From Candidatus Wildermuthbacteria bacterium (GTDB lineage Bacteria; Patescibacteriota; Minisyncoccia; Minisyncoccales; PEYH01), in contig JBBIKX010000001.1 of the NCBI GenBank assembly GCA_037445205.1, positions 8,767-72,766 on the forward strand: a stretch of 64,000 nt of DNA, given 5' to 3'. A program made the translations under genes and the position numbers. The notes under the pieces were generated by a model. The model did no database searches, was not told the origin of the DNA, and saw only the letters and a list, made by a program, of their open reading frames with translations. This document shows, in pieces, positions 56,696-64,000 of this stretch. Within the stretch, counting starts at the first letter, position 1. Every line of letters starts with the position of its first letter.

Positions 56696-56728
56696 GAGGG
56701 CTCTCTTGTGCGGGGGCCCTCCTTTTTT
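56696..56728 (+). terminator. GC-rich hairpin plus T6 terminator of cassette D
   Basis: gagggc...gccctc stem followed by cttttttt. The T run abuts the miaB stop codon on the other strand. Confidence 0.6.
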
Positions 56729-58061
56729 ATTCCATCAATTTTCCTCTCAGTCCGTATGGACCAATGTTTATTATTTTGGCTTTAACAAAATTTCCTAAAA
56801 TATTTTTATCTGATTTCAATCTAATGGTTTGATAATGCCTTGTTTTTCCGACATAAAAATCATTTTTTTTGGTGAGTATCAAAACTTCCGCGGTTTTTTT
56901 AAAAAACTTCTTGTTAAAATTTAAAATGGTTTTTTTTAATACTTTGAATAATTCTTTTTCTCTTGTTTTTTTCTTAAAGTTGGGGACATCGTCGTTTAAA
57001 TGAAGGGCGGCTGTTTGAGGCCTTTTAGAATAAGCCGCAATATATCCAAACGCAAATCCGATTTTTTCAAAATTATTTTTTGTATTTTCAAATTGTTTTT
57101 TGGTCTCGCCGGGAAATCCTACAATTACATCAGAAGATACAGCCACTTCTTTTTCGATGCCGCATCTGTATTTTTTAAAATTATTTCTTATTTTTTTAAT
57201 AAGCGCTTTATATTGAGATACAGTGTAGGGCCTATTCATTTTTTTAAGGATTTCATTGTCTCCTGATTGAATTGGAAGATTAATATAGGGCGTTACTTTA
57301 TGGCATTTTGCCATTGTTTTAATTAGTTCGTCGCTTAAATCTTTTGGATGAGAAGAGGTAAATCTTATCCAAAAATTCCCCTCAATATCATTTATCATTT
57401 TAAGAAGCGTTGGAAAATTTATTTCTTTTTCTTTTTTCACTTTAAGGTTTGTGTTTTGGATTTTACCATTATAGGAATTGACATTCTGTCCCAACAGCCA
57501 TACTTCTTTTGCTCCGCTTAAAACGGCCTTTTTTATTTCACAAATAATATCTTGGGCCGGCCTTGAGATTTCTTTTCCTCTTACATAAGGTACGACGCAA
57601 TAACTGCAGAAATTATTGCACCCGGTCATTATCGGAATATAGGCAACAACAGGGGATTGATATTTAGGCATTAATTCAAAATAGTGTTTTTTTTTGAATT
57701 CAACCGACCTAATTTTAAAACCAAGCTTTTTTAATATCTCGGGCAATTTGGGAAGCTCATTTATGTCAAAGATTTCATCGCAGAATTTATTAAGTTCTTT
57801 TTTGTCTTTTTCTAAGATACATCCCGTTAAAATAATTTTATATTTTATATTTTTATTTTCATATTTGAGCCTTATCTTTTTAATTCGAGCGCTTGCTCGA
57901 TCTATCGCCGACTGTCTGACTGAACAGATATTAAACACTATCAAATCCACCCCATCGCATTTATTGGCATGATTAAATCCTGATTTTTCCAAAACGCCTG
58001 CGATTCTTTCGGAGTCAGATTTATTCATTTGGCACCCAAAAGTGATAATATGATATTTCAT
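56727..58061 (-). CDS. miaB: tRNA-i6A37 methylthiotransferase (radical SAM MTTase)
   Basis: 444 aa with an N-terminal MTTase domain (ITFGCQMN), radical-SAM CNNFCSYC and a TRAM domain. Adjacent to miaA. Confidence 0.88.
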   Translation of the reverse strand: MKYHIITFGCQMNKSDSERIAGVLEKSGFNHANKCDGVDLIVFNICSVRQSAIDRASARIKKIRLKYENKNIKYKIILTGCILEKDKKELNKFCDEIFDINELPKLPEILKKLGFKIRSVEFKKKHYFELMPKYQSPVVAYIPIMTGCNNFCSYCVVPYVRGKEISRPAQDIICEIKKAVLSGAKEVWLLGQNVNSYNGKIQNTNLKVKKEKEINFPTLLKMINDIEGNFWIRFTSSHPKDLSDELIKTMAKCHKVTPYINLPIQSGDNEILKKMNRPYTVSQYKALIKKIRNNFKKYRCGIEKEVAVSSDVIVGFPGETKKQFENTKNNFEKIGFAFGYIAAYSKRPQTAALHLNDDVPNFKKKTREKELFKVLKKTILNFNKKFFKKTAEVLILTKKNDFYVGKTRHYQTIRLKSDKNILGNFVKAKIINIGPYGLRGKLME

Positions 58062-58092
58062 ATCTTTTCTTTAAGATAAACGCTAAAGAATA

Positions 58093-58536
58093 TTATTCTC
58101 CGATTATTTGAATCTGGATATTTCTTTTTTTAGGATAAGCGAGTTCTATGAAAAGAATGCTCTGCCATAAGCCGAGCTGCAGCTTTCCTTCAATTATATT
58201 TAGGCAGACGCTTGTTGGTATATGCAATGCTCTGCAATGAGAGTGGGCGTTCGGTTTCTCATCCGGACACATATTTACGGTTCTTATTTCAAAATTATTG
58301 TGATTATACGCTTTATTTTTCGGAGAACAATGCTCTAAGTGTTCTTTAATGTCCTGTAAAAGCAACGGTTCGTTTTCATTTACAAAAACAGAGGCGGTTG
58401 TGTGAAGAGACTGAATATTAATAATTCCGTTTTTTACCGCAGTTTTTTTGGTTATTTCTTTAATCCTTTCCGTGATATCGATAATTTGAAGTTCTTCGAC
58501 GGTATCAATAGAGATAATCGAATTTTTGATAATCAT
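58093..58536 (-). CDS. yjbQ: YjbQ-family (UPF0047) protein
   Basis: 147 aa with TASVFVNENEP...LGLWQSI...ELAYPKKRNIQIQIIGE. Confidence 0.75.
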   Translation of the reverse strand: MIIKNSIISIDTVEELQIIDITERIKEITKKTAVKNGIINIQSLHTTASVFVNENEPLLLQDIKEHLEHCSPKNKAYNHNNFEIRTVNMCPDEKPNAHSHCRALHIPTSVCLNIIEGKLQLGLWQSILFIELAYPKKRNIQIQIIGE

Positions 58537-60287
58537 TTTTTTTCTTTGATTTCTTTTTTTATTTTTTCAATGAAATCACGCAATGAAATAACACCTAAAT
58601 TTCCTTTTTCTCTGCTTCTCATGCTTATTTTTTGTTCTTTTTCTTCTTTATCCCCGGCAACAACAACGTAAGGAATTTTTTGAATTTCAGCTTCCCTTAT
58701 TTTTTTAGAAAGCGTTTCATTATCGTCTTTAATTTCCACTCTGATACTTTCTTTTTCTAATGCGTTTTTTATTCCTTGGGAATAAATCAAATGCCTTTGA
58801 GCAATCGGCATTATTGAAACCTGGACCGGAGAAAGCCAAAGGGGCAAAGCGCCTTTATAATGCTCTAATAAAAACGCAATGGTTCTTTCAATCGCGCCGA
58901 TTGAAGAACGATGAATCACAATCGGTTCTTTTTTTGAGCCGTCTTGGTCGATATAAGAAAGATTGAATCTTTTTGAGGCTAAAAAATCGTATTGCACGGT
59001 AAAAGCGGTTTCTTCTTTGCCGGCGAAATTTTTTATTTGAATATCTATTTTGGGCCCATAGAAAGCGGCTTCACCCTTTGCCTCAAAAAAAGGAGATTTT
59101 CTTTCGATTAAAACATCTCGCAAAATATTTTCCGCGAGAAGCCAGGATTTTTTATCCTGATAATATTTTTTAGCATTTTTTAGGTCGCCCAAAGACAATC
59201 TGTATCTGTAATTTTTATTTTTTTCCAAGCCCAGGGCGAAAGATACGCATTCTATCAAATCCAGAACTTTTTTAATTTCTTCTTTTGCCATTTCTTTTTG
59301 GCAGATGATATGGGAATCCGCCAAACAAAAAGATCGCACCCTCATCAGACCGGTTAATTCCCCGGATTTTTCGTATCTATACTGCTTTGCCAATTCGGCC
59401 AAGCGGAAAGGAAGATCTCTGTAAGATCTTGGAGCGTCAAGGTAAAGTTGATAATGATGCGGGCAGGTCATTGGTCTTAGAATCAGCTTTTCTTCGTCAA
59501 CCTGCATCACTGGATACATCGCATCTTTATAATAAGGGTAATGTCCGGAAACTTCATATAGAGCAACGCGAGCCAGATCGGGTGTGTAAATATGCATATA
59601 GCCCCTTTTAATTTCTTCTTCAACTATAAACCTTTCCAGTTCTCTTCTGATTATTGATCCCTTGGGCGTGAAAAGGGGTAATCCTTTGCCTACCAATTCG
59701 GAGAATGTGAACAAATTAAGCTTTTTTCCAATTATCCTATGGTCTCTTTTTTCCGCTTCTTTAATCAGTTCAAAGTGATTATCCAGTTCTTTTTTATTTT
59801 TAAAAGCAACCCCATAAATTCTTGTCATCATTTTATTCTTTTCGCTGCCCCTCCAATAAGCGCCCGCAATCTTAGTTAATTTAAAACAATCTTCTGGAAT
59901 TTCTTTTGTTGATTTTATATGCGGACCTCCGCACAAATCAATAAAATTTCCTGATTCATATATCGTAACCATTTTTTCTTTAAGCTCTTTGATCAGTTCA
60001 ATTTTATACGGTTGATTTTTAAAGATCTTTTTTGCTTCAATTTTAGAAACAAATCTTTTTTTAAATTTGATATTTTGTCGAATTAATTCTTTCATTTTTG
60101 TCTCAATTCTTGATAAATCATCAACGCTAAATCCGCTCCCATCTGAAGTCGTAGCGGGCAAGTCAAAATCATAATAAAATCCATTTTCAATAACCGGACC
60201 TATGCCAAACTTTGCTTTAGGATAAAGTTCTTTAACCGCATGCGCCATTATATGCGCCAGCGAATGTCTGATGGTGTCTAATTTCAT
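58533..60287 (-). CDS. thrS: Threonyl-tRNA synthetase lacking the N-terminal TGS domain
   Basis: 584 aa. It starts at the N2 editing domain (RHSLAHIMAHAVKELYP...GPVIENGFYYDFDL), then the class II core and anticodon-binding domain. Confidence 0.9.
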   Translation of the reverse strand: MKLDTIRHSLAHIMAHAVKELYPKAKFGIGPVIENGFYYDFDLPATTSDGSGFSVDDLSRIETKMKELIRQNIKFKKRFVSKIEAKKIFKNQPYKIELIKELKEKMVTIYESGNFIDLCGGPHIKSTKEIPEDCFKLTKIAGAYWRGSEKNKMMTRIYGVAFKNKKELDNHFELIKEAEKRDHRIIGKKLNLFTFSELVGKGLPLFTPKGSIIRRELERFIVEEEIKRGYMHIYTPDLARVALYEVSGHYPYYKDAMYPVMQVDEEKLILRPMTCPHHYQLYLDAPRSYRDLPFRLAELAKQYRYEKSGELTGLMRVRSFCLADSHIICQKEMAKEEIKKVLDLIECVSFALGLEKNKNYRYRLSLGDLKNAKKYYQDKKSWLLAENILRDVLIERKSPFFEAKGEAAFYGPKIDIQIKNFAGKEETAFTVQYDFLASKRFNLSYIDQDGSKKEPIVIHRSSIGAIERTIAFLLEHYKGALPLWLSPVQVSIMPIAQRHLIYSQGIKNALEKESIRVEIKDDNETLSKKIREAEIQKIPYVVVAGDKEEKEQKISMRSREKGNLGVISLRDFIEKIKKEIKEKK

Positions 60288-60329
60288 AACGATTAATTAT
60301 ATTATTAATTTTTCAGGATTTTTTCAAAT

Positions 60330-61916
60330 TTAGGAAAGAGGGATATTGATGTAAAACAAAGAACCCTTCTCTGTTTTTTTGGGGGTTGCCCAGACAATTC
60401 CCCTATGAAGTTCGGTAAACTTTCTTGCGATATAAAGACCCAGCCCCGCCCCTCCTGTCCAGCTTTCTTCGCCCGCTTTTCCCCGCATAAAGCTTTGGAA
60501 GAGATTTGCAGCTTCTTCTTCGCTCATTCCAAGCCCCGTGTCAGAAATTTTTATAAGCGCCCTGTTTTCTTTAACAGTGCTGATAATTTCTATCCCGCCC
60601 TTCTCTGTGTATTTGATTGCGTTATCAATAATATTTATAAAAACCTGCCTTATTTTTTCTTTGTCTAACGACATTAAAGGAAGAGGAATATTCTTTTTAT
60701 ATCTTAAATACAGATCTTTCTGATGGGCGGCAATTTTTAATTGTTCCACCACTTCTCCAATTAAATCCTCAAGCGAGGTTTTTTCAATGTTCATTTCCAT
60801 TTTTCCCGCTTCAATCCGGGAGATGTCTAAAAGATCCTGCACAAGCTTATTAAGCTGGGAAACCACCTGAAAAGAATTTTTTATTGGTTTTTTGATTCCC
60901 CGCGAAACTTCTCCGTAGTTTTCTTCAAGAACCATTGAAAGGTAGCCGCGAACGATGGTTAAAGGGGTTCTCAATTGGTGCGAGGCAATAGAAATAAATT
61001 CTGTTTTCGCCTTGTCCAGCTCCGATAATTTTTCATAAGCAATTTTCAGTTTTTTCGCCATTTCCTCCATTTCTTTCCTCTGCTTTATTTCCCTGAGAAC
61101 GCTTCTTATAAGCAAAACTCCAAAAATCAAAAAAACAAAAAACACAAATCCCTTCCACATATACTGCCAGAGGTGAACCGCGTCAAAAATGTTAAAAAAC
61201 AAAACGATGCTTATAATGCCTACAATCAGGGCGGCAATTACAACCTTTATGTCAAAAAGTCGGTGCTTGACGATGGCATAGGAGAGTATTAGCGGGTAAA
61301 ACGCAACAAAAAAATTTCCATAGGGCGGAAAAGAAATTCCATACCACAATGGAAAATTTGTTGCGCCCCCTCCAAACCCAATTATTATTGCCAGAAAAAT
61401 ATATTTTATCTGGTTGCGGATATCGTTAGATGATTTTTTATAGACTTTTAAAAGTTCGTAGCAGGTGTAAGCAATTATCGCGCCGTATGCCCCAAAAAGA
61501 TAAATGGTGTAGACAGGTCCGGCTATCGGCCACCAGGGAAAATTAAGCTGGGGTTTTACATTTTTTACAAAAAGAGGGCTGAAGCTGAATAGAAATAAAA
61601 TTGCTGTAAGCAGGTATCCAGAAATAATGACCGCCCTTCTTTTTTTATGTAAATCATAAATTGTAAAAATCCAATGAAGGAATGTTATCGGTATGAAAGT
61701 TGATCCAATACTTAAGCATTTCGCCCAAAATAACGCAGTTTCTTTATTAAGACTTAGCTGCCAGAAACCGTAACTGACTCCCCAAAAAACAAGCGCGACA
61801 TTCATTAGCAAAAAAGTTTTATGGGAAAGCTTTTTTGGATTTTTATAGAATACAAAAAAACCGAAAATTATAGCCGATAGTCCGTTGATAAAACCAGATA
61901 AAGCGAATATATTCAT
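60330..61916 (-). CDS. Sensor histidine kinase with a multi-TM N-terminal domain
   Basis: About 8 TM segments, then HisKA (ISIASHQLRTPL) and HATPase_c (GGAGLGLYI). The ATG at 61916 is preferred over the upstream TTG at 61928. Confidence 0.85.
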   Translation of the reverse strand: MNIFALSGFINGLSAIIFGFFVFYKNPKKLSHKTFLLMNVALVFWGVSYGFWQLSLNKETALFWAKCLSIGSTFIPITFLHWIFTIYDLHKKRRAVIISGYLLTAILFLFSFSPLFVKNVKPQLNFPWWPIAGPVYTIYLFGAYGAIIAYTCYELLKVYKKSSNDIRNQIKYIFLAIIIGFGGGATNFPLWYGISFPPYGNFFVAFYPLILSYAIVKHRLFDIKVVIAALIVGIISIVLFFNIFDAVHLWQYMWKGFVFFVFLIFGVLLIRSVLREIKQRKEMEEMAKKLKIAYEKLSELDKAKTEFISIASHQLRTPLTIVRGYLSMVLEENYGEVSRGIKKPIKNSFQVVSQLNKLVQDLLDISRIEAGKMEMNIEKTSLEDLIGEVVEQLKIAAHQKDLYLRYKKNIPLPLMSLDKEKIRQVFINIIDNAIKYTEKGGIEIISTVKENRALIKISDTGLGMSEEEAANLFQSFMRGKAGEESWTGGAGLGLYIARKFTELHRGIVWATPKKTEKGSLFYINIPLS

Positions 61917-61920
61917 ATAC

Positions 61921-61971
61921 AAAAACAAATCCCCCGGAGGTGCGTTAGTTCATTTTAACACCTTTTGGGGG
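61921..61971 (-). terminator. Hairpin terminator of cassette E (minus strand)
   Basis: ccccc-gg-aggtg ... cacct-ttt-ggggg stems with a U-rich tail on the minus strand. It overlaps the kinase start region. Confidence 0.5.
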
Positions 61972-61983
61972 ATAGAGACAACG

Positions 61984-62859
61984 TTATGCTGGTTTATAGA
62001 CACGGTTTACCAGCACTTGGCGGGCAAACGTCACCCTCCATGTCGGGCCTACGAATCCGACTTCCCGGAGCAGTTGTTCCCATTGCGGAATTGCGAGGAA
62101 GGTGTATGTTCCTTCTTTTCCCTTTCTTTGTATTTCAAGGGCGTGACGAAGTATGCTTGTGCCCTGAAGAATTCGGCTAAAATCCCGATTTCTTATGTAG
62201 GGCAGAGGATTGAGCATGTCAGGAAGAGAAGCGACAAACACCCATTGGAAGTGAACGTTTTGTCTGGGAGTAGACCAGACGATATGTCCTCCGGGCTTGA
62301 GCACCCTATGCATCTCTCTGAAAACTTCCCTCATGGCCCTTATGCCTTTTTCGCTTCGAAAGTCAGTTGCATAGGGGATAACTAAATTTGCGATAATTCC
62401 ATCAAAGTGGTTATCGTCGAAGGGAAGTTCTTCGCCAAGATGAGCGAAAACAAGATGCATGGGCAACGTGGGGTGAAGAGATTGCGTTTTCCGCGCCGGA
62501 TCAAGAACTATATCCAGACCAACTACCAATTTGATAGTTCTGCCGGATTTGTTCCATGCCAAGAGAGCCATCTTGGCGGGTCCGCAGCCTACATCCAGCC
62601 AAACTTCGTTAGCTTTGGGCTGGATTAATCCGGCGACTGTCGTTGTAAGGTTGTGGTAGGGTCTTGCCTTTTCCAGGTTTTTGTAAATCCTTGCGTAATC
62701 CCTCCAAAACGCCAACTCTTGTCCCCAAGAGCGGATCCTTCCTCTTGTGAAGGGCGAAAGCCCGTTCTCATTTGCTTCCAGCCACTCTTCTATGCTCTCC
62801 GTGCTTAATCCTTCTCCAAAGCACGGCCCAAGGATCTCTGATATGCTTTTGGTTTTCAT
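61984..62859 (-). CDS. Class I SAM-dependent methyltransferase (GC-rich cassette E)
   Basis: 291 aa. Motif I VWLDVGCGPAKMALL and post-I/II motifs. SD AAGGAGGT sits 5 nt before the ATG. GC is much higher than the flanks. Confidence 0.75.
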   Translation of the reverse strand: MKTKSISEILGPCFGEGLSTESIEEWLEANENGLSPFTRGRIRSWGQELAFWRDYARIYKNLEKARPYHNLTTTVAGLIQPKANEVWLDVGCGPAKMALLAWNKSGRTIKLVVGLDIVLDPARKTQSLHPTLPMHLVFAHLGEELPFDDNHFDGIIANLVIPYATDFRSEKGIRAMREVFREMHRVLKPGGHIVWSTPRQNVHFQWVFVASLPDMLNPLPYIRNRDFSRILQGTSILRHALEIQRKGKEGTYTFLAIPQWEQLLREVGFVGPTWRVTFARQVLVNRVYKPA

Positions 62860-62906
62860 TCCTTACCTCCTTGCTTGCCCGATAAATCAAAGGGCTGTGT
62901 TTATTT

Positions 62907-62935
62907 TTTATAGCCGTATAGCAGGAATTTGTCAA
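62907..62935 (-). promoter_or_regulatory. Consensus sigma70 promoter TTGACA-17-TATAAA driving cassette E (minus strand)
   Basis: Reverse complement of 62930-62935 is TTGACA and of 62907-62912 is TATAAA. The -35 box sits 5 nt from the dnaE stop codon. Confidence 0.6.
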
Positions 62936-62939
62936 TTTT

Positions 62940-64000
62940 CTATTCTTCAATGATTTCTTCTATTTCCTCGGCAATAATTTTTGGGATTTCGTTTTCAAAA
63001 TTAACGCGGCCCGAAATGAAAACAACTTTATTTTCCTGCAGGGCGGCCGGATTTTTTTCAATGATGCTTGGAAAAATAACCGTTTCTATTTTCTCTGAAA
63101 GGTCCTCAATTTCAACAAAAAGCATTGGTTTGCCGTTCTTGGTGATAATTCTTTTTATTTTGTTGATGAGTCCGCCAATCTTTATTCTGGTCCCCGGCAT
63201 AATTTTTTTGACAAACGAGATGGGAAAATTATTTTCTTTATTTACGCCATTTTGGTAAATCTTTACTATGGGAGTTGTTTTTTCAGCGATTATTTTCTCC
63301 ATAGACCTTAGAGGATGTCCGGAAATATAAAGGCCCAGCAGTTCTTTTTCCCACAAAAGCTTTTCTTTTTCATGGGCATCTTGGCAATCTTCCATTTTCA
63401 GGCCGGGATTAATTTTGGGCAATCCGTCAAAAAGCCCTTTTTGCCCGTTAGATTTTGACTTTTTAAGCTCTCTATTATATTCAAGCAATCTCTCCAAATT
63501 TTTCAAAAGCTTGTTTCTTTTTTCGAGGTTGTCAAAAGCTCCCGCCTTGATAAGCGCCTCCATTGATTTTTTATTGAGATCTTTGCAATCTATGCGATGG
63601 ATAAAATCGCTGATTGATTGGTACTTGCCATTTGATTTTCGTTCTTTGACGATTGTTTCTACGATATTGTGCCCCACGTTCTTAATCGCCAAAAGCCCAA
63701 AGCGGATCTGATTTTTTCCTACCACGCTGAAGTTTTCAAAGCTTTCATTGATGTCGGGACCAAAAACTTCAATTTTCATTCTTTTGCATTCTTCCAAAAG
63801 AAAAGCGATTCTTTCCACGTCCTGTTTTTCGCAAGCCAAAACAGACGCCATAAACTCCACCGGAAAATGCGCTTTTAAATACGCGGTTTGATGCGCAATT
63901 GTCGCGTATCCGACGCTGTGGCTTTTGTTGAATCCATAACTTGCGAACGGCAAAAACCATTGCCATATTTTCTGGGCGATTTCTTTTTTAATGTCTTGAG
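62940..64000 (-). CDS. dnaE: DNA polymerase III alpha subunit, 3' part (5' portion lies outside the window)
   Basis: ...IAQKIWQWFLPFASYGFNKSHSVGYA... and an OB-fold C-terminus. The reading frame is open to the window edge. Confidence 0.88.
   Translation of the reverse strand, partial: QDIKKEIAQKIWQWFLPFASYGFNKSHSVGYATIAHQTAYLKAHFPVEFMASVLACEKQDVERIAFLLEECKRMKIEVFGPDINESFENFSVVGKNQIRFGLLAIKNVGHNIVETIVKERKSNGKYQSISDFIHRIDCKDLNKKSMEALIKAGAFDNLEKRNKLLKNLERLLEYNRELKKSKSNGQKGLFDGLPKINPGLKMEDCQDAHEKEKLLWEKELLGLYISGHPLRSMEKIIAEKTTPIVKIYQNGVNKENNFPISFVKKIMPGTRIKIGGLINKIKRIITKNGKPMLFVEIEDLSEKIETVIFPSIIEKNPAALQENKVVFISGRVNFENEIPKIIAEEIEEIIEE

Noticed and set aside
56423-56832. ORFs 56423..56650-, 56587..56832+, 56598..56798+ in cassette D
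   Set aside because: They overlap the SD-led 97-aa gene and its terminator, and have no start signals.
61917-61928. TTG start for the histidine kinase at 61928
   Set aside because: It lies inside the T-tract of the cassette E terminator. The in-frame ATG at 61916 is the likelier start.
61885-62628. Plus-strand ORFs 61885..62385, 61965..62180, 62407..62628 opposite the methyltransferase
   Set aside because: They are antisense to a methyltransferase with clear motifs, and the 166-aa translation has no features.
63415-63966. ORFs 63415..63711+, 63669..63878+, 63769..63966- near the window end
   Set aside because: They are alternative frames and strands of the dnaE 3' region, whose true frame runs to the window edge.

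Overview
This is a low-GC, gene-dense bacterial window with compact genes, weak or absent Shine-Dalgarno (SD) sites, lysine-rich protein extensions and no rpmD (L30), a profile typical of Candidate Phyla Radiation / Patescibacteria genomes. The backbone is a ribosomal super-operon: the rpsL 3' end, rpsG, fusA, tuf, then rpsJ through rplO, secY, adk and map. About 6.9 kb of non-ribosomal genes (a GT2 glycosyltransferase, a GalT-like gene, tpiA, alaS and others) interrupt it before it resumes with infA, rpmJ, rpsM, rpsK, rpsD, rpoA, rplQ, rplM and rpsI. Housekeeping genes follow: murA, two mreB paralogs, holB, frr, rseP, proS, gatC/gatA, a tRNA cluster (Met, Met, Asp), pheS/pheT, gyrB, secE, nusG and rplK. 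Next is a contiguous dTMP-module cluster (thyA-like, folA, dcd, dCMP deaminase, tmk), then gatB, miaA, miaB, yjbQ, thrS, a sensor histidine kinase and the 3' part of dnaE. Two things sit on top of this backbone. First, at least five compact, clearly higher-GC cassettes at 16.4, 40.5-42.4, 55.0-55.4, 56.3-56.7 and 61.9-62.9 kb. Each carries a near-consensus sigma70 promoter, a canonical AAGGAGGTG SD unlike host genes, one or more ORFs (small membrane proteins, a DAGK-family lipid kinase, a SAM-dependent methyltransferase, tiny ORFs) and a GC-rich intrinsic terminator, and each sits exactly at a host gene boundary. Second, a perfect 19-bp direct repeat of the tRNA-Asp 3' end brackets a 1.2-kb insert. 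The thyA homolog carries an Asp at the conserved Asn position that sets uracil versus cytosine specificity, so the dTMP cluster may act on dCMP-type substrates. No CRISPR array or rRNA gene was seen.
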